Shown in pieces: positions 25,524 to 36,871 of a stretch of DNA of 64,000 nt (position 1 is its first letter; every line of letters begins with the position of its first letter). The notes below the pieces were generated by a model. It saw only the letters and a list, made by a program, of their open reading frames with translations, did no database searches and had not been told where the DNA came from. Source of the stretch: Lama guanicoe (taxonomy: Eukaryota). The position numbers and the translations under genes are program-made. The stretch spans positions 2,073,567 to 2,137,566 of the forward strand of contig MU053629.1 in the NCBI GenBank assembly GCA_013239625.1, written 5' to 3'.

Positions 25524-28500
25524 TCTCTTGTTGGACTTGTGTTTTGTAAATTTTCGTATAATTTCCTTACTTGCTCTTTTCTACCCCTTGTACTACTTCA
25601 TGATTTTTCCTGTTACTGTTCCCTTTTTTCTTTACATGAAGCTGATAAACAGAAATACCTTAGGCTAGACTGCTGTTTTGGTAATTGGCTGGAAGCTAAA
25701 ATTCCTGCCTAATATATAAGAGATGGAATGTCTAATTTTTGTCCTTGGGTTATGTAGGATACAACTTATGGATGTCAGGCTCTCAGCCTGTGCGTTACAC
25801 TGTATGCTATTTGAGGTAGCTGAGGTGCAGGGTACCTGTACATTCTGTTTTTAGTTTTTTTATACCATCAGGCTGTGCACTTGCAGGACACAAGGAGACT
25901 TATTTGCCAGCCTGTAAAAATGTACTCTTGCTGATGTATTATTTAAGAATAAAGGTTCTTAATGACCTTGGAGTTGATGCTAAGAAAAATCTTACTTTTA
26001 GGCAGATAGGGTTCTAATCGTTAGGTGAGATTCTAGGCCGATTTCACATTACTCTTCTTGATAAGGATTTGCTGCCTATCAGACTTGAAGTCATACATTC
26101 TCACCACATATGCTTAAGTGGTACAATAACACGTTACTGATATTGTGAACTTTAAAGCCAGTGACTGTTAATTCAAATGTGTGTTTTTGTTTTTGTTTTT
26201 CTTCAGTGGTTGAAAGGATCTCAGTTTAACTGAGTTTGCTTTATTAGTAAAAGTGCTTTCACATAGCTTGCCTTGTTAGTGAAAGTTGTTTTTTCAGTAG
26301 TAATGTTTCTGTGGTTTGTATTAGTAGGCCGTTCCAGTCCTAGCAGAGCTAGAAATCCTAGCAGTGCGGATTTCAGATGAGTTCCATAACACTGTCTGAC
26401 AGAGAGGGAAATGGAGGCCAGTGTCTGATAATATTCTTTTTCTTATGGAGCCTTTGTATAAAAAAGAAATTCACTTTTACCAAGGTCACATTGGGGTAGG
26501 TGATGTAACAGTGAAGTGACATTTTCTTCCAAGTCTATAATATATTTTACCTGAAGTTGTGATTGAAGCATTAGATTTATTTAAGTGTTACATAAACATG
26601 GTGAGTGCCATTTCTGGCATCCTTATATAATTTTTTCCCCTTCTCCTTTCTTGGTAGGCAAAATAATGGTATAATGATTTAATTCACATCTCAGGTACTT
26701 GATGGAAGGAGACTGTTGAAATGTGGTGCTGCTAGGCTCTTCACTTCACAGAAATGATATAGACTGCAAGAGATTACATTTTTATAAAGATTGGAATCCT
26801 TGCTTAAATAAAAGTGTCATGGTCCTAATCAAAATAATGTGACAGTTGAAAATGTTAAAGGAGATTGGAGAAGCTGCAAAATTAGGCCAGATAATAATAA
26901 TGTGAAGTTTATTTACCTTTACATACATTGGTTAAATACTTTATGGAGAGCAAATGTGAAGATGTGGTTTTGAGTGAGACAAACTACTTCATAGAGTTGG
27001 CAGTTTTAGAACCCACAAAGCAAAGAAATAACCTGGATTTTGCTTTGAGGAACAAATAAGAATTGATAAAGGTTTCTGTAGGTCAACACTATTTGAGAGT
27101 AATCGTATCTTGATTAAGCTCAGCATTCTTCAGGGAGAGGAAGAATAAAATCTGTCATATGGGGATTCAGTTTTAAGAAATTGAGCTGCAGTCAAGTATG
27201 TACGTTAGGTAAAGTGGGAAGAAAGATTTTAAAAAGCAAATAACCCACTGGAAGTTTAAAGACTTAAAAACTATTTTATTGTAAAGCAGAGGATCAAAAG
27301 GACCATACTAGACAGATGGTCATTTGGCATAGTCTCAGAGACTGTGGAGAGGAGAAAAGCATTTTTTTAAAAAAATTGGAAACATAAAATTCAAGGCCAG
27401 AGAAGCCCCCAAAGTAATAATGGTTAGTTACGTGCTACCTAGAAATTAGATGAAAGAATAAAAGATGAATTCGATAAGCTCTTTGCACAGCTGATGGTAT
27501 GAGTTTTATGTTTGTTTTTGCTTTTTTAAAAAGACATTAAAAAGGGAAAGGCAGCTAGGAAATAGGTAAGACTGCCTGATCATGGTGTGAAAGATCCATT
27601 CAGGGATAAAAACATTAGAGAATTTCCACTTCTGTTTTTTGCCCCCTTCCCAAGCAGAGTAAAGCTTCTTGGTCAGATGATGATAGGTGCTTGACTCTTT
27701 TTTTTTTTAATTAGGACATGAATTAATCTTTTTTAATGCACAAAAAGTATAGAAAAATGTATAGAAGCCCCAGGAATTATCCCAGAAATTAGTATTTCAA
27801 ACATGTTTTTCCTCCTGACTGCCAAGGCTTTTCTTGATCAGATCAGTACACTTAATAAGATTAAATTTATCTACCCAAGAATTTAGAAAGAATTCAAGGA
27901 TAAACTGTAACTTTTAGTGAAAGTGTATCACTTCAAGTTGTAAGTGGCATGGTCATTACACTGAGAAACTGGGGTAGATTTCAGATGTGATTCTGTTCAT
28001 AAGAAAGGTTTGGAGGTGGAGGGAATAAAATCTATATTGGAAAATTGGTGAAGTGTAAATCAAAAATTGAAATGACTTGGTATCATTCATATAACTTACT
28101 GGGGCCAACGTGATGGTTACTTTACTTAAGGAGAAGTCACATATGACATTAACAGTTGTGTATGGATGGAGTTGTTACCAGTGGGCGTTGTTTAGTTTTG
28201 AAAGACTTTTTTAAAACTCAAACCAAAGACTATTTAAAAACTTTTTTCTTGGAATGGGAGAAAATGTTTTGTTGTGCATTAGCAAACTGACTTTCTGATA
28301 GTAAACACTTCTGTGTAGGTCCACAGCCCCTACTTTGCAGTTCTGAAACACCAAAGCTCTGAAAATGAAGTTTTCTTGTAAGGTAGGCACAAACCTGACT
28401 TCAGCTAATGAGGCTATTTATATTCCTTTTTTGTTCTATTTCAGGTATGTATTTATTCATTTTGTTGTAGGGATATTAATGAGTTTGATGTCAGGGTGCT

Positions 28501-29179
28501 GTTCCAGTTTCTACTGAAAGTATTATACAGTGTATGGTATATTAATTATCTCAACCTTTTTTAGGTGAGATAACTGAGACTCAAATAAGTGCAGTGTCTT
28601 GCCCAAGATTCTTATACATCTAGGGGAGAGTAAAGGGCAGAATTAAACTTTTCTTGCCTCCTCCCTTGCACCCACAAGTTTCTCTCCTGCTTCTTCCCAG
28701 TTAGTAACCTCCCAGACACTATCACTTTTCTGACTTTTGTCATCTTTGATTCATAGGTTTTTAGAATGTGATAACTGGATGGTTTATGTCTGATAGAACA
28801 TATCATACATTTAAGTATGTGGGCTCCCAGAGGTTTGTTATGTCCATGTCTATGATTTGTGGACTAGCCTTATCTTGGGTAGCAGTTGTGCATGGTTGAG
28901 ACTGAAGGCTGAGAATACTCTGGAGCAATAAGGCTTTTTTTAAGAGATCTGGCAACTGTATTGTTTTGTAGCTTTCCCTCTAGACTCTTAATAAATCTGT
29001 ATCCTTGATCTAGAGAAGAGAGAGGAATCCAACACTCTGATCTAGTAAGTTTGAAGACTGTCAGGTAATCGATCCAGTTTATAACTATTGACAAATTAAA
29101 CTCAAGTAAGAATGGAGAGGAGAAATGGCAGCCTGGACACTGTTATGATTCTGCCTATTGAAGAAAGCAGTGTTTATTC

Positions 29180-29465
29180 CCTCATTCATTGACCAAAATA
29201 TTTATTGAGGGAGGACTGAACCAAACACTGTTATTAGGATACAGTGCTGACCAGAGGAGACACAGCCCCTTGTCCTCAGGGTGCATGCAGTCTAGTGGAG
29301 GAAACAGTTGTGAATCAAATCAGTACACACACTGGGAGGTAGAATGTGAGCAGGGAATGTCTTTGAGGTAAAAGCCGTGAGACAGGAAGGTAGGCATGGG
29401 GTGCAGAGGACAGAGTGTGGCCATGAGGTGAAGCTGGAGAAGTTGATAGGGCTTAGATATCCTAA
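29180..29465 (-). mobile_element. LINE-2 3' fragment
   Basis: cattcattgaccaaaatatttattgag...gacacagccccttgtcctcagg...gcagtctagtggagg. Confidence 0.65.
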
Positions 29466-31249
29466 AGGGTGTGGTGTGTGAATTCCACCATTTTTTTAAT
29501 GGTTAGTCTAACAGTGTAGATACGATTTTTGATAGAGAAGTTTTCTTTGTACACTCTTTAGAGTTACTATAGAATAGTAATTTTTAAGTAAGAGATTTAG
29601 GAAGGGAGGTGAGGTCTAGAATATAAAAATCGAAATAATTCCTTATGTTTCCTGAAAAATGCTTAGGTTTTTTTCCTTTCCCTCATCCCTATGAATCTGA
29701 CCCATATTACTCTTGTTTGAGAGATGAGTAGATTGAGCTATACAGAAACTTTGACACAACAGTTCTGTGTGGAGGGCCAGTTTATTAGGTCTCCTGATTC
29801 CTAAACTATCTTCACCATTCACTTTTTTCTTGAGAATTTGACGTCACCTCTCTCTCTTTAGTACAGAAAGTTTACCTCTGGGGCAAAGAACTAAGTTATA
29901 AAGGGTTACATAGCCCTTCAGTTTTTAGGAGAGGGGAGATGGTAGAGCTTTCTTGTTTACCTTAGATGATCTTTACCTTCTACTTCTTGGCTGTCTTATA
30001 CACAGACCATGATAAGAGTTTTCTCTGTAAACCAGTTCCACCAAATGAATCCCTATAGGGTTATTTACATGAACTATTTAGCCTATTGTGAGATGAATGC
30101 TGGCACAGAGCAGTGTCAGCAAACACCAAGGCTCTAAACCTGAGCCCTGTTGAATAGCTATGTCTAGTCGAAGTGTCAGTTGCTTATGTAAAATGAAACA
30201 GGTCAAGCCTCATAACCTTTGAGAACAGCAGCCTGTGAGAATGATAAAACTATTCATGAGATGCAGCATATAAACACTCAGGGACTGAGAGATGCTACAC
30301 TTTTGCTGTTCTGTCCTTAGGTGACACATGGTCAGATGAGACCTGTTGAATTGGATCCATCTTCTCAAATTGGCACTGTTAGTCTGTCTTTATCTGATCC
30401 CCATTGGAGATATAAGCTGAGAGCTATGGTACTTAAAGAGATGACACAGTTCCTTTGTTACAGTAATTAATGTAATAAATTAAGGGAGAGACCCAAAGGA
30501 AAGTTGATTGTTTCTCGTTAGAGTCCTAGTTGGAAATTCAGTTGATTAGTGAGCTCTCATGGAGTGTGGCAGGTGGAGAGGGAGATGCCTCTTATCCCAG
30601 CTCGGTAAACTCAGAGTCACCAAGGATGGTTTACATGCTGTACTAGCCTCGCCTGAGGCTGCCTAAGTACCATGTGATTTCAGGGTAGCATCTGGAATTC
30701 AGGGAAAATGGTATAATATGCTTTTCTTCTGGCAACTTTGTTTTATCCCATTGGTTTATTGACAGTTCCCTTGGGCATCAAACCCTGTGAACCTCAAAAA
30801 GTTTAGATTTGAAGGCCTGTCAGAGGGGTCAGCAACCTAGTAGATTGGAACAGTTGGTAAAAGAGATAGTCCAGATGTTAAAACCATGAACCTTGAGATT
30901 GGTACCTTAGCCCTGAGGGATTTTTGAAGCAAGGTGGAATCTTTCTGGCATGATAGTGTAGGGTTTTATGAGCTACATCTGAAGGTAGGACTAGCCTAAA
31001 GGGAAAGCTGTTCGTGAGAGAAGACAGGATTGCCATTTTCTTTCATGGAACTCAAATAGATATCAGTACTACCTGTAATTTAATTTGTTAACTTTTTAAA
31101 GTATTTTTTCTTTATTTTAAAAATACTTTAGATTTCTGTACCATATATAACCATGAAACAGTTCTCTTTAAATTCAGACACTAAAACATTATGAGACTCT
31201 TTAGGTCATTTTATATTTCTGAGTTGTCTTTTCCAGATTTGGATCCTCC

Positions 31250-31415
31250 TAATAGAACCATGATGGATTCTCCCTCCATTTTATAATAGGAAAATTAATA
31301 TTTAATGAAGCAACTTGGCTAACCACCTGGCTCAGGTCAGTGGAAATTTGAGTCCAGAAATCACATCTCTTGATTCTAAGCTCAGTGCTCCTTTTTCTAC
31401 ACCATACTGCCTTCC
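31250..31415 (-). mobile_element. MIR (antisense)
   Basis: ctccattttataataggaaa...gcaacttggctaa...tgattctaagctcagtgctcctttttctacaccatactgcct. Confidence 0.65.
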
Positions 31416-34400
31416 TAGAATTAAGTATAGATTTTTTTCTCTTTGTCCATACAGCTTTTGGTGGGAACTAGTTAGCCAGACTAATCACCCTCGCGTTCAA
31501 AAGTGTGTGACCTGTGTGGTCCCAAGCAGATTATACACGCTCAGACACAACTGTCGCTTGCTCAGACCAAAGCCTATAAGAAGATTGATCCAAAACCCAT
31601 AAGAAGAGGGGAGGACAGATAAATTTAGTGGTGCAGCATTGGACAATTTGCTGCTTAGACCAGATTAGCTGTAGGTAGTTGTCAATTAAAGAGGAAAATA
31701 TATACAGAAGCTCTTGCAAGTTGACAGTGCCTTGTGGTCTCTGTAAGGTATTGGTTATCCTGATTCTGTACTTTTTCTGCCGTGGGGGTAAGAGGTCAGT
31801 GCTTTTCATTTCCAGCTACCGTGTTAGTTACCCTACCTCCTGTGGTTAAACATCTCTTCAGTGACCTGTCAGAGAGTTGATTATTAGCTGTATAAAGCCA
31901 GGGATGCTGGAGGGAACAGATGGAAAGTAGTTTGGCTGCTGCAGCCAGGCTGATTAAAGAATGCTTGGCAATTTTTCAGTATATCTTTGGAAAGGTACCA
32001 CCAAAGTTACTATGAGACCTGCTGGGTTTGGAAAGCTGAATTTCTGAGAAGTCACCTGGTTGAAAAGTGGTCCTTATGAAAACTCTTAACACCCTCAGAA
32101 ATAGGAGGACAGTGACTCTGTAAAGAACATCAGGACCACTAAATATCATCCATCAGGATATGCTTTCTTTGTTTGCATCCTGGTCATTCAGAAATCTAGG
32201 TAGTTTTCTAGTAGGGAAAGCACTTTTTCATAGATACATTAATAGAATTTTAGATTTGAAGAAGGCCGTAAGCGTGTCCAGACACACCCCTACCACATAT
32301 AGAGGAAATCTTTATCTAGTTTGCTTGACGGGTGATTATGCTTTTTCTGCTCACTACTTTCAGTGATAAAGATACGGTTTCATTAAGCATTGTGGGTCAT
32401 TGTTGGAAATCTCAAGTTACTAAACTTTTTCCTGAGTTAAACATCCGTCTTTCTGTAACTTCTGCTAGCTGGTTCTGTTTGTGCCCTAAGTATCACAGAA
32501 TAAGTTTCGCTCTTCCACATTGGAAACATCATATACTTGAAGGTAACCCCCTTCAGTTAACTCCTTTCCAAACTTAAGAATACCAGGTTCTGAGACCTTT
32601 CCTCTTATGAAATGGCCTCTTGGTCTTGGTCTTTTATTATACCCTTGGGCATTCCTTTATTCAGTGAATATCTCACTTAAGATTTGGAACCTGGAAATGA
32701 GTATAGATCACAGATGTTCTTTTCCTCTCCAGCTCCCTTTTAAGAAGAAGCACAATTAGAAAGAAAATGTGCTGGAAGTATTTCTTGCTTACTAGGAAAA
32801 ACAGAACAATTTGCCATGACATACGGAATTGGTACAAAAGAAATTTGAAGAAGTGTCTTTCCTTACTGGTGTTAAGGCTGAGACTTTTGAGGTTCAACAT
32901 TATTAGAAGCGTTGATTTTTGCCTCATCTCTTTAAAGAATGTCTGCACTGTTGCTCTTCACATTACAAAAAGCAGCTGGCATTTGTTTATAAGAAATTAT
33001 TTGAATTTATGCTACACTGAACTGAGTTTAGTACTTCAGATAGTTTTTTAAATTTTTAACAAAATGGTTATATTTGTGTTCTTACCTAACTGAAAGTCTG
33101 TTGTTTTTACACGTGACAAACAGCTTGACTCAGCGTAAGGCCCCTGACAGATAACCTTTTCTCTTCAAAATTCTGTAGATTTTTCATTCTCTTTTAACAC
33201 TTAATATTGCAGAGCAGTCTGAAGTTGGGCTAATTTTTGCCCTTTGTAATTTAAAAATTTTGCCAGAATGTATGCAAGTTTGGCTTTTTAAATTGATTTT
33301 GCTGAAAAAGTAGTGAACATTTTCAAGATCTTTTTTAGCTCAAAATATTATTCATTTATTATTTCTTGATGGGTTGCTTTTCTCCCATTTGTCCTAGTCT
33401 CCTTCCAGTTTTGCTTTCAGTGCTGTTGAATACTTTTTCTTTCAGTTTCTCTTATTTTTTTCTTTTTCTTTTCCTTTGCCTTCTGGAAAAATATCTCAAG
33501 TTTTCTTGTAGTTTACTAATTCATTTTCCTCAGTTTTAGCTGTGTGCTTTTTAAATTTCTGTATGAATTTTACTTGGTATTGCATATTTTTGGTTTCCTT
33601 GCCTCTTCCTTCTTTAAAGATACTACATTCTTTTGTCAAAGTTCATACCTTTTCATTTCAGCCTAGTAGCTTCTTTATGCTTATTCTTCCTTACTGTCCT
33701 GCTCTGTTTACCCTGCTGCTTACAGTAGGTCAGCCAGTGCAGTAGAGTGAGAACCGTCAGAGTCTCTCAGTGAGCACTAAAATTTTAATGTCATAAATTA
33801 TATCCTTTCCTTACTGTACCCTCCTAGAGTCTCTTTTCCATTACCATTCTGTTTTCTAGAGGAAGGGTTTTTATTTCTTTGTTTGTTTTTTAGAGGAAGG
33901 TCTTTTGGCAGTTGTATTGTTTATCCAAGAATAAACAAGCATGGGGTAGTTCTACTGGTTAAATTACATGCTGATGACAGTGCCGCTCTAGAGGAAGTAG
34001 GTAAGCCTCAGATGAAGGTGGGTTATACTCTCAGCCTAGCCACAGTCGCAGAGATTGCAGGAGTAAGAAATTAAGATGTTGGGAAGAACTGTGCTGTAAT
34101 AAATCCTCTGTAGTACAGATTCAATTGGCATCCCCATTTTTAGAAGGACCCTCTGCCCTCATAATAGAATTATTTTCAGTACCATGTTCCACTGCCTTAA
34201 TTCACTCTCATTTGCTGCTGTATTCCCAGCACCTTGTTTAGCGCCTGGCACAAAGTAGGCAGTTTATACACTTTTTTTTTTTTTGGAATGAATGAGTGTA
34301 TAGTATAGAGAATTCCAAACATTTTACTAAAGATTTCTTCAGAATTCAACATCATTTTCAAAGGTATTATTTCTCTAATTCTTGAAGAATTATGTTTACT

Positions 34401-35186
34401 TTACCTTGTGGCTGGCATTCTTTTCATAGTTCTTACATCATGTTTCCTCTCACACAGTTTTCCATCCTTTTATGAAGTAAGATCTATGTGGACTCAGTGC
34501 CAACCATAGTTGGTTGCCGTTGGCACTAAGCGTTCTACTTGGGTAAAGGATGTATTTTCTTCTTAGATCTGTAGCTAAATGGCAGATTAATGTGTGCTCC
34601 TTTCTCTCTTAAAACCCTGTTGCTATCAGGCATTTACTTGATATAGCTCTGCTGTCTTAGGATGACATCTCTTCTTGTAACTGCACCCTTGTTCTGTGAT
34701 GCTGCCTTGAGAGAGTAGGTGAAAAAGTACAATTTGTTTTATCTTTGTCCTATCTGTAGCATTTCCCTGTTAAGATATTTACTTCATAGGATTCGTTATG
34801 TCACTACTGGTTTCCTCTTCGCTCCTTTAGCTTATGAGAGTTGTATTCTAAATGGTTATAGAAAGATGGTAAACAGAGGAGTGAGCAAGAACAGCACTCT
34901 TTTGCGTTGTCATGAAGTAATACCTGGATGGTACATGTTGGCTGCCAGGTTTTCTAGATGGTAAACTCCCCAGGAGACTGGAGAGGTATAAATTGCCCTT
35001 TTTACCACCCAACCCACCCAGCCCCCCTTTTTAGGCTCCTCTGTACCATGTGGTGAGGCCCTGGTATTTATCAGTACAGTGCCACCAGTCTTATACTATG
35101 AGAGTGTGAAGACTTATCCTACAATCCAGTGTTAGTTTTTTTTTTTAGTATTGTTCAGTTATTGGTAGTGTAAATTTTGACTCTCC

Positions 35187-35224
<38 letters not shown>
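35187..35224 (+). repeat. (GT)n microsatellite, one interruption
   Basis: Seen directly, about 770 nt upstream of the exon-2 acceptor. Confidence 0.95.
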
Positions 35225-35225
<1 letters not shown>

Positions 35226-35997
35226 TTCTCGGGTATTTTAGTTAGAAGTGGGGAAGATTATATTAAATTCTGCTATTTAGACATAATTTGAAACCTAGAG
35301 TTTAGTAAGTCTGGTTTAACTTAACATAAGCTGATTGGTTGATTCTTTTCTGAGAATTGTCTCTTCTAATTTCAGTTTTTGCCCCCGATCCTGATACTGT
35401 TTTTTCCCCTGTTCTGTTTGCTTTTCTCTTTTTTTCTTGCTTACCCACAATGAAACCTCCTCCGCCATCACACCCCCTCACCCCAGGCAACAGTGAAATG
35501 ACAAGGAATCTGTATTACTGTTAGTAAGGACAGGCCCTGTTAGTAGAAGGCTTCCCTTGGTCCAATGTTCTGAGTTCCTGATAATTTAAGAACAAGCAAG
35601 GAGGAAAGAAATGTGTGTAAACTTGTGCTAGAACTTGAATCCGGGATGTGCCTGCCAGGGCCTGTATTGACTGAGGGAGGCTTGCCAGCTGGCAGTGGTA
35701 GTAGAAATCAGCCTCCTGGGAATGGGAAACTAACTCTAGAGGATTCCTAGTTAAGACTTACCACAGAATCTATGAGCACTTGGAAATACCGTGCTCTCCC
35801 CTGGGGAGACGGAGTGGGAGTCACCTTTTCCCTTCGTCCAATGTGACTTGGTTAGAAATACAACTGAACCTGTTTGTCTTGTCCATTGTGATGTGATAGC
35901 CCCATAGGAAGGATCTGTTTTGTGTGGGAGTTTATTTCAGGCTGTCTCTTTGCCTGTATTGTTTCCTTTAACAGCTCTTTAAATTTTCTTTTTCCAG

Positions 35998-36871
35998 CAA
36001 TGATGTTGTCCACTGGGCATGTACTGACCAATGTGGCAGGTCTGAGAACATAGCTGAAGCTGAAAATAGGAAAGCTGGGGGCAAGGAAGAGCCTTGAATC
36101 TTGAGGTGGGACGTTGACTCTAAGATGTCCTTGAGCAGTGGAGCCTCCGGAGGGAAAGGAGTGGATGCAAACCCGGTTGAGACATACGACAGTGGGGATG
36201 AATGGGACATTGGAGTAGGGAATCTCATCATTGACCTGGACGCCGATCTGGAAAAGGACCAGCAGAAACTGGAAATGTCAGGCTCAAAGGAGGTGGGGAT
36301 ACCAGCTCCCAATGCTGTGGCCACACTACCAGACAACATCAAGTTTGTGACCCCAGTGCCAGGTCCTCAAGGGAAGGAAGGCAAATCAAAATCCAAAAGG
36401 AATAAGAGTGGCAAAGACACTAGCAAACCCACTCCAGGGACGTCCCTGTTCACTCCAAGTGAGGGGGCATCTAGCAAGAAAGAGGTGCAGGGACGCTCAG
36501 GAGATGGTGCCAATGCAGGAAGCCTGGTTGCTGCTATTGCTCCCAAGGGCTCAGAGAAGGCGACTAAGGCATCCCGCAGTGTAGCCGGCTCCAAAAAGGA
36601 GAAGGAGAACAGCTCAACTAAGAGCAAGAAGGAGAGAAGCGAAGGAGTGGGGACTTGTTCAGAAAAGGATCCTGGGGTCCTCCAGCCAGTGCCGTTGGGA
36701 GGACGGGGTGGTCAGTATGATGGAAGTGCAGGGGTGGATACAGGAGCTGTGGAGCCACTTGGGAGTATAGCTATTGAGCCTGGGGCAGCGCTCAATCCTT
36801 TGGGAGCTAAACCGGAGCCAGAGGAAGGGGAGAATGAGTGTCGCCCGCTAAAGAAAGTCAAGTCTGAAAAG
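35998..36871 (+). ncRNA. ZNF609: circ-ZNF609 orthologue: 874-nt single-exon circular RNA (ZNF609 exon 2) with a 753-nt ORF
   Basis: Acceptor aaattttctttttccag|CAATGA at 35998, donor after 36871, length 874 nt. Back-splice GAAAAG|CAATGA gives 249 codons + Gln + TGA = 753 nt. These equal the values I recall for human circ-ZNF609. Expression in this species is inferred, not shown. Confidence 0.85.
36125..36871 (+). CDS. ZNF609: ZNF609 first coding exon (exon 2), residues 1-249; CDS continues beyond the window
   Basis: MSLSSGASGGKGVDANPVETYDSGDEWDIGVGNLIIDLDADLEKDQQKLEM...RPLKKVKSEK is the ZNF609 N-terminus. AUG context AAGATGT, in-frame upstream stop TGA 36095-36097, phase-0 donor AAG|gtaaga at 36872. 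Confidence 0.97.

Noticed and set aside
28421..28450. AG|GTATGT recursive-like motif in intron 1
   Set aside because: Appears to lie inside an old DNA-transposon relic (about 28310-28545) in T-rich sequence, so it is probably coincidental.
29839..29846. Perfect CRE palindrome TGACGTCA
   Set aside because: A single 8-mer far from the promoter with no supporting context; compatible with chance.
35998..36871. Infinite rolling-circle ORF on the 874-nt circle
   Set aside because: 874 is not a multiple of 3 and TGA follows one codon after the junction.
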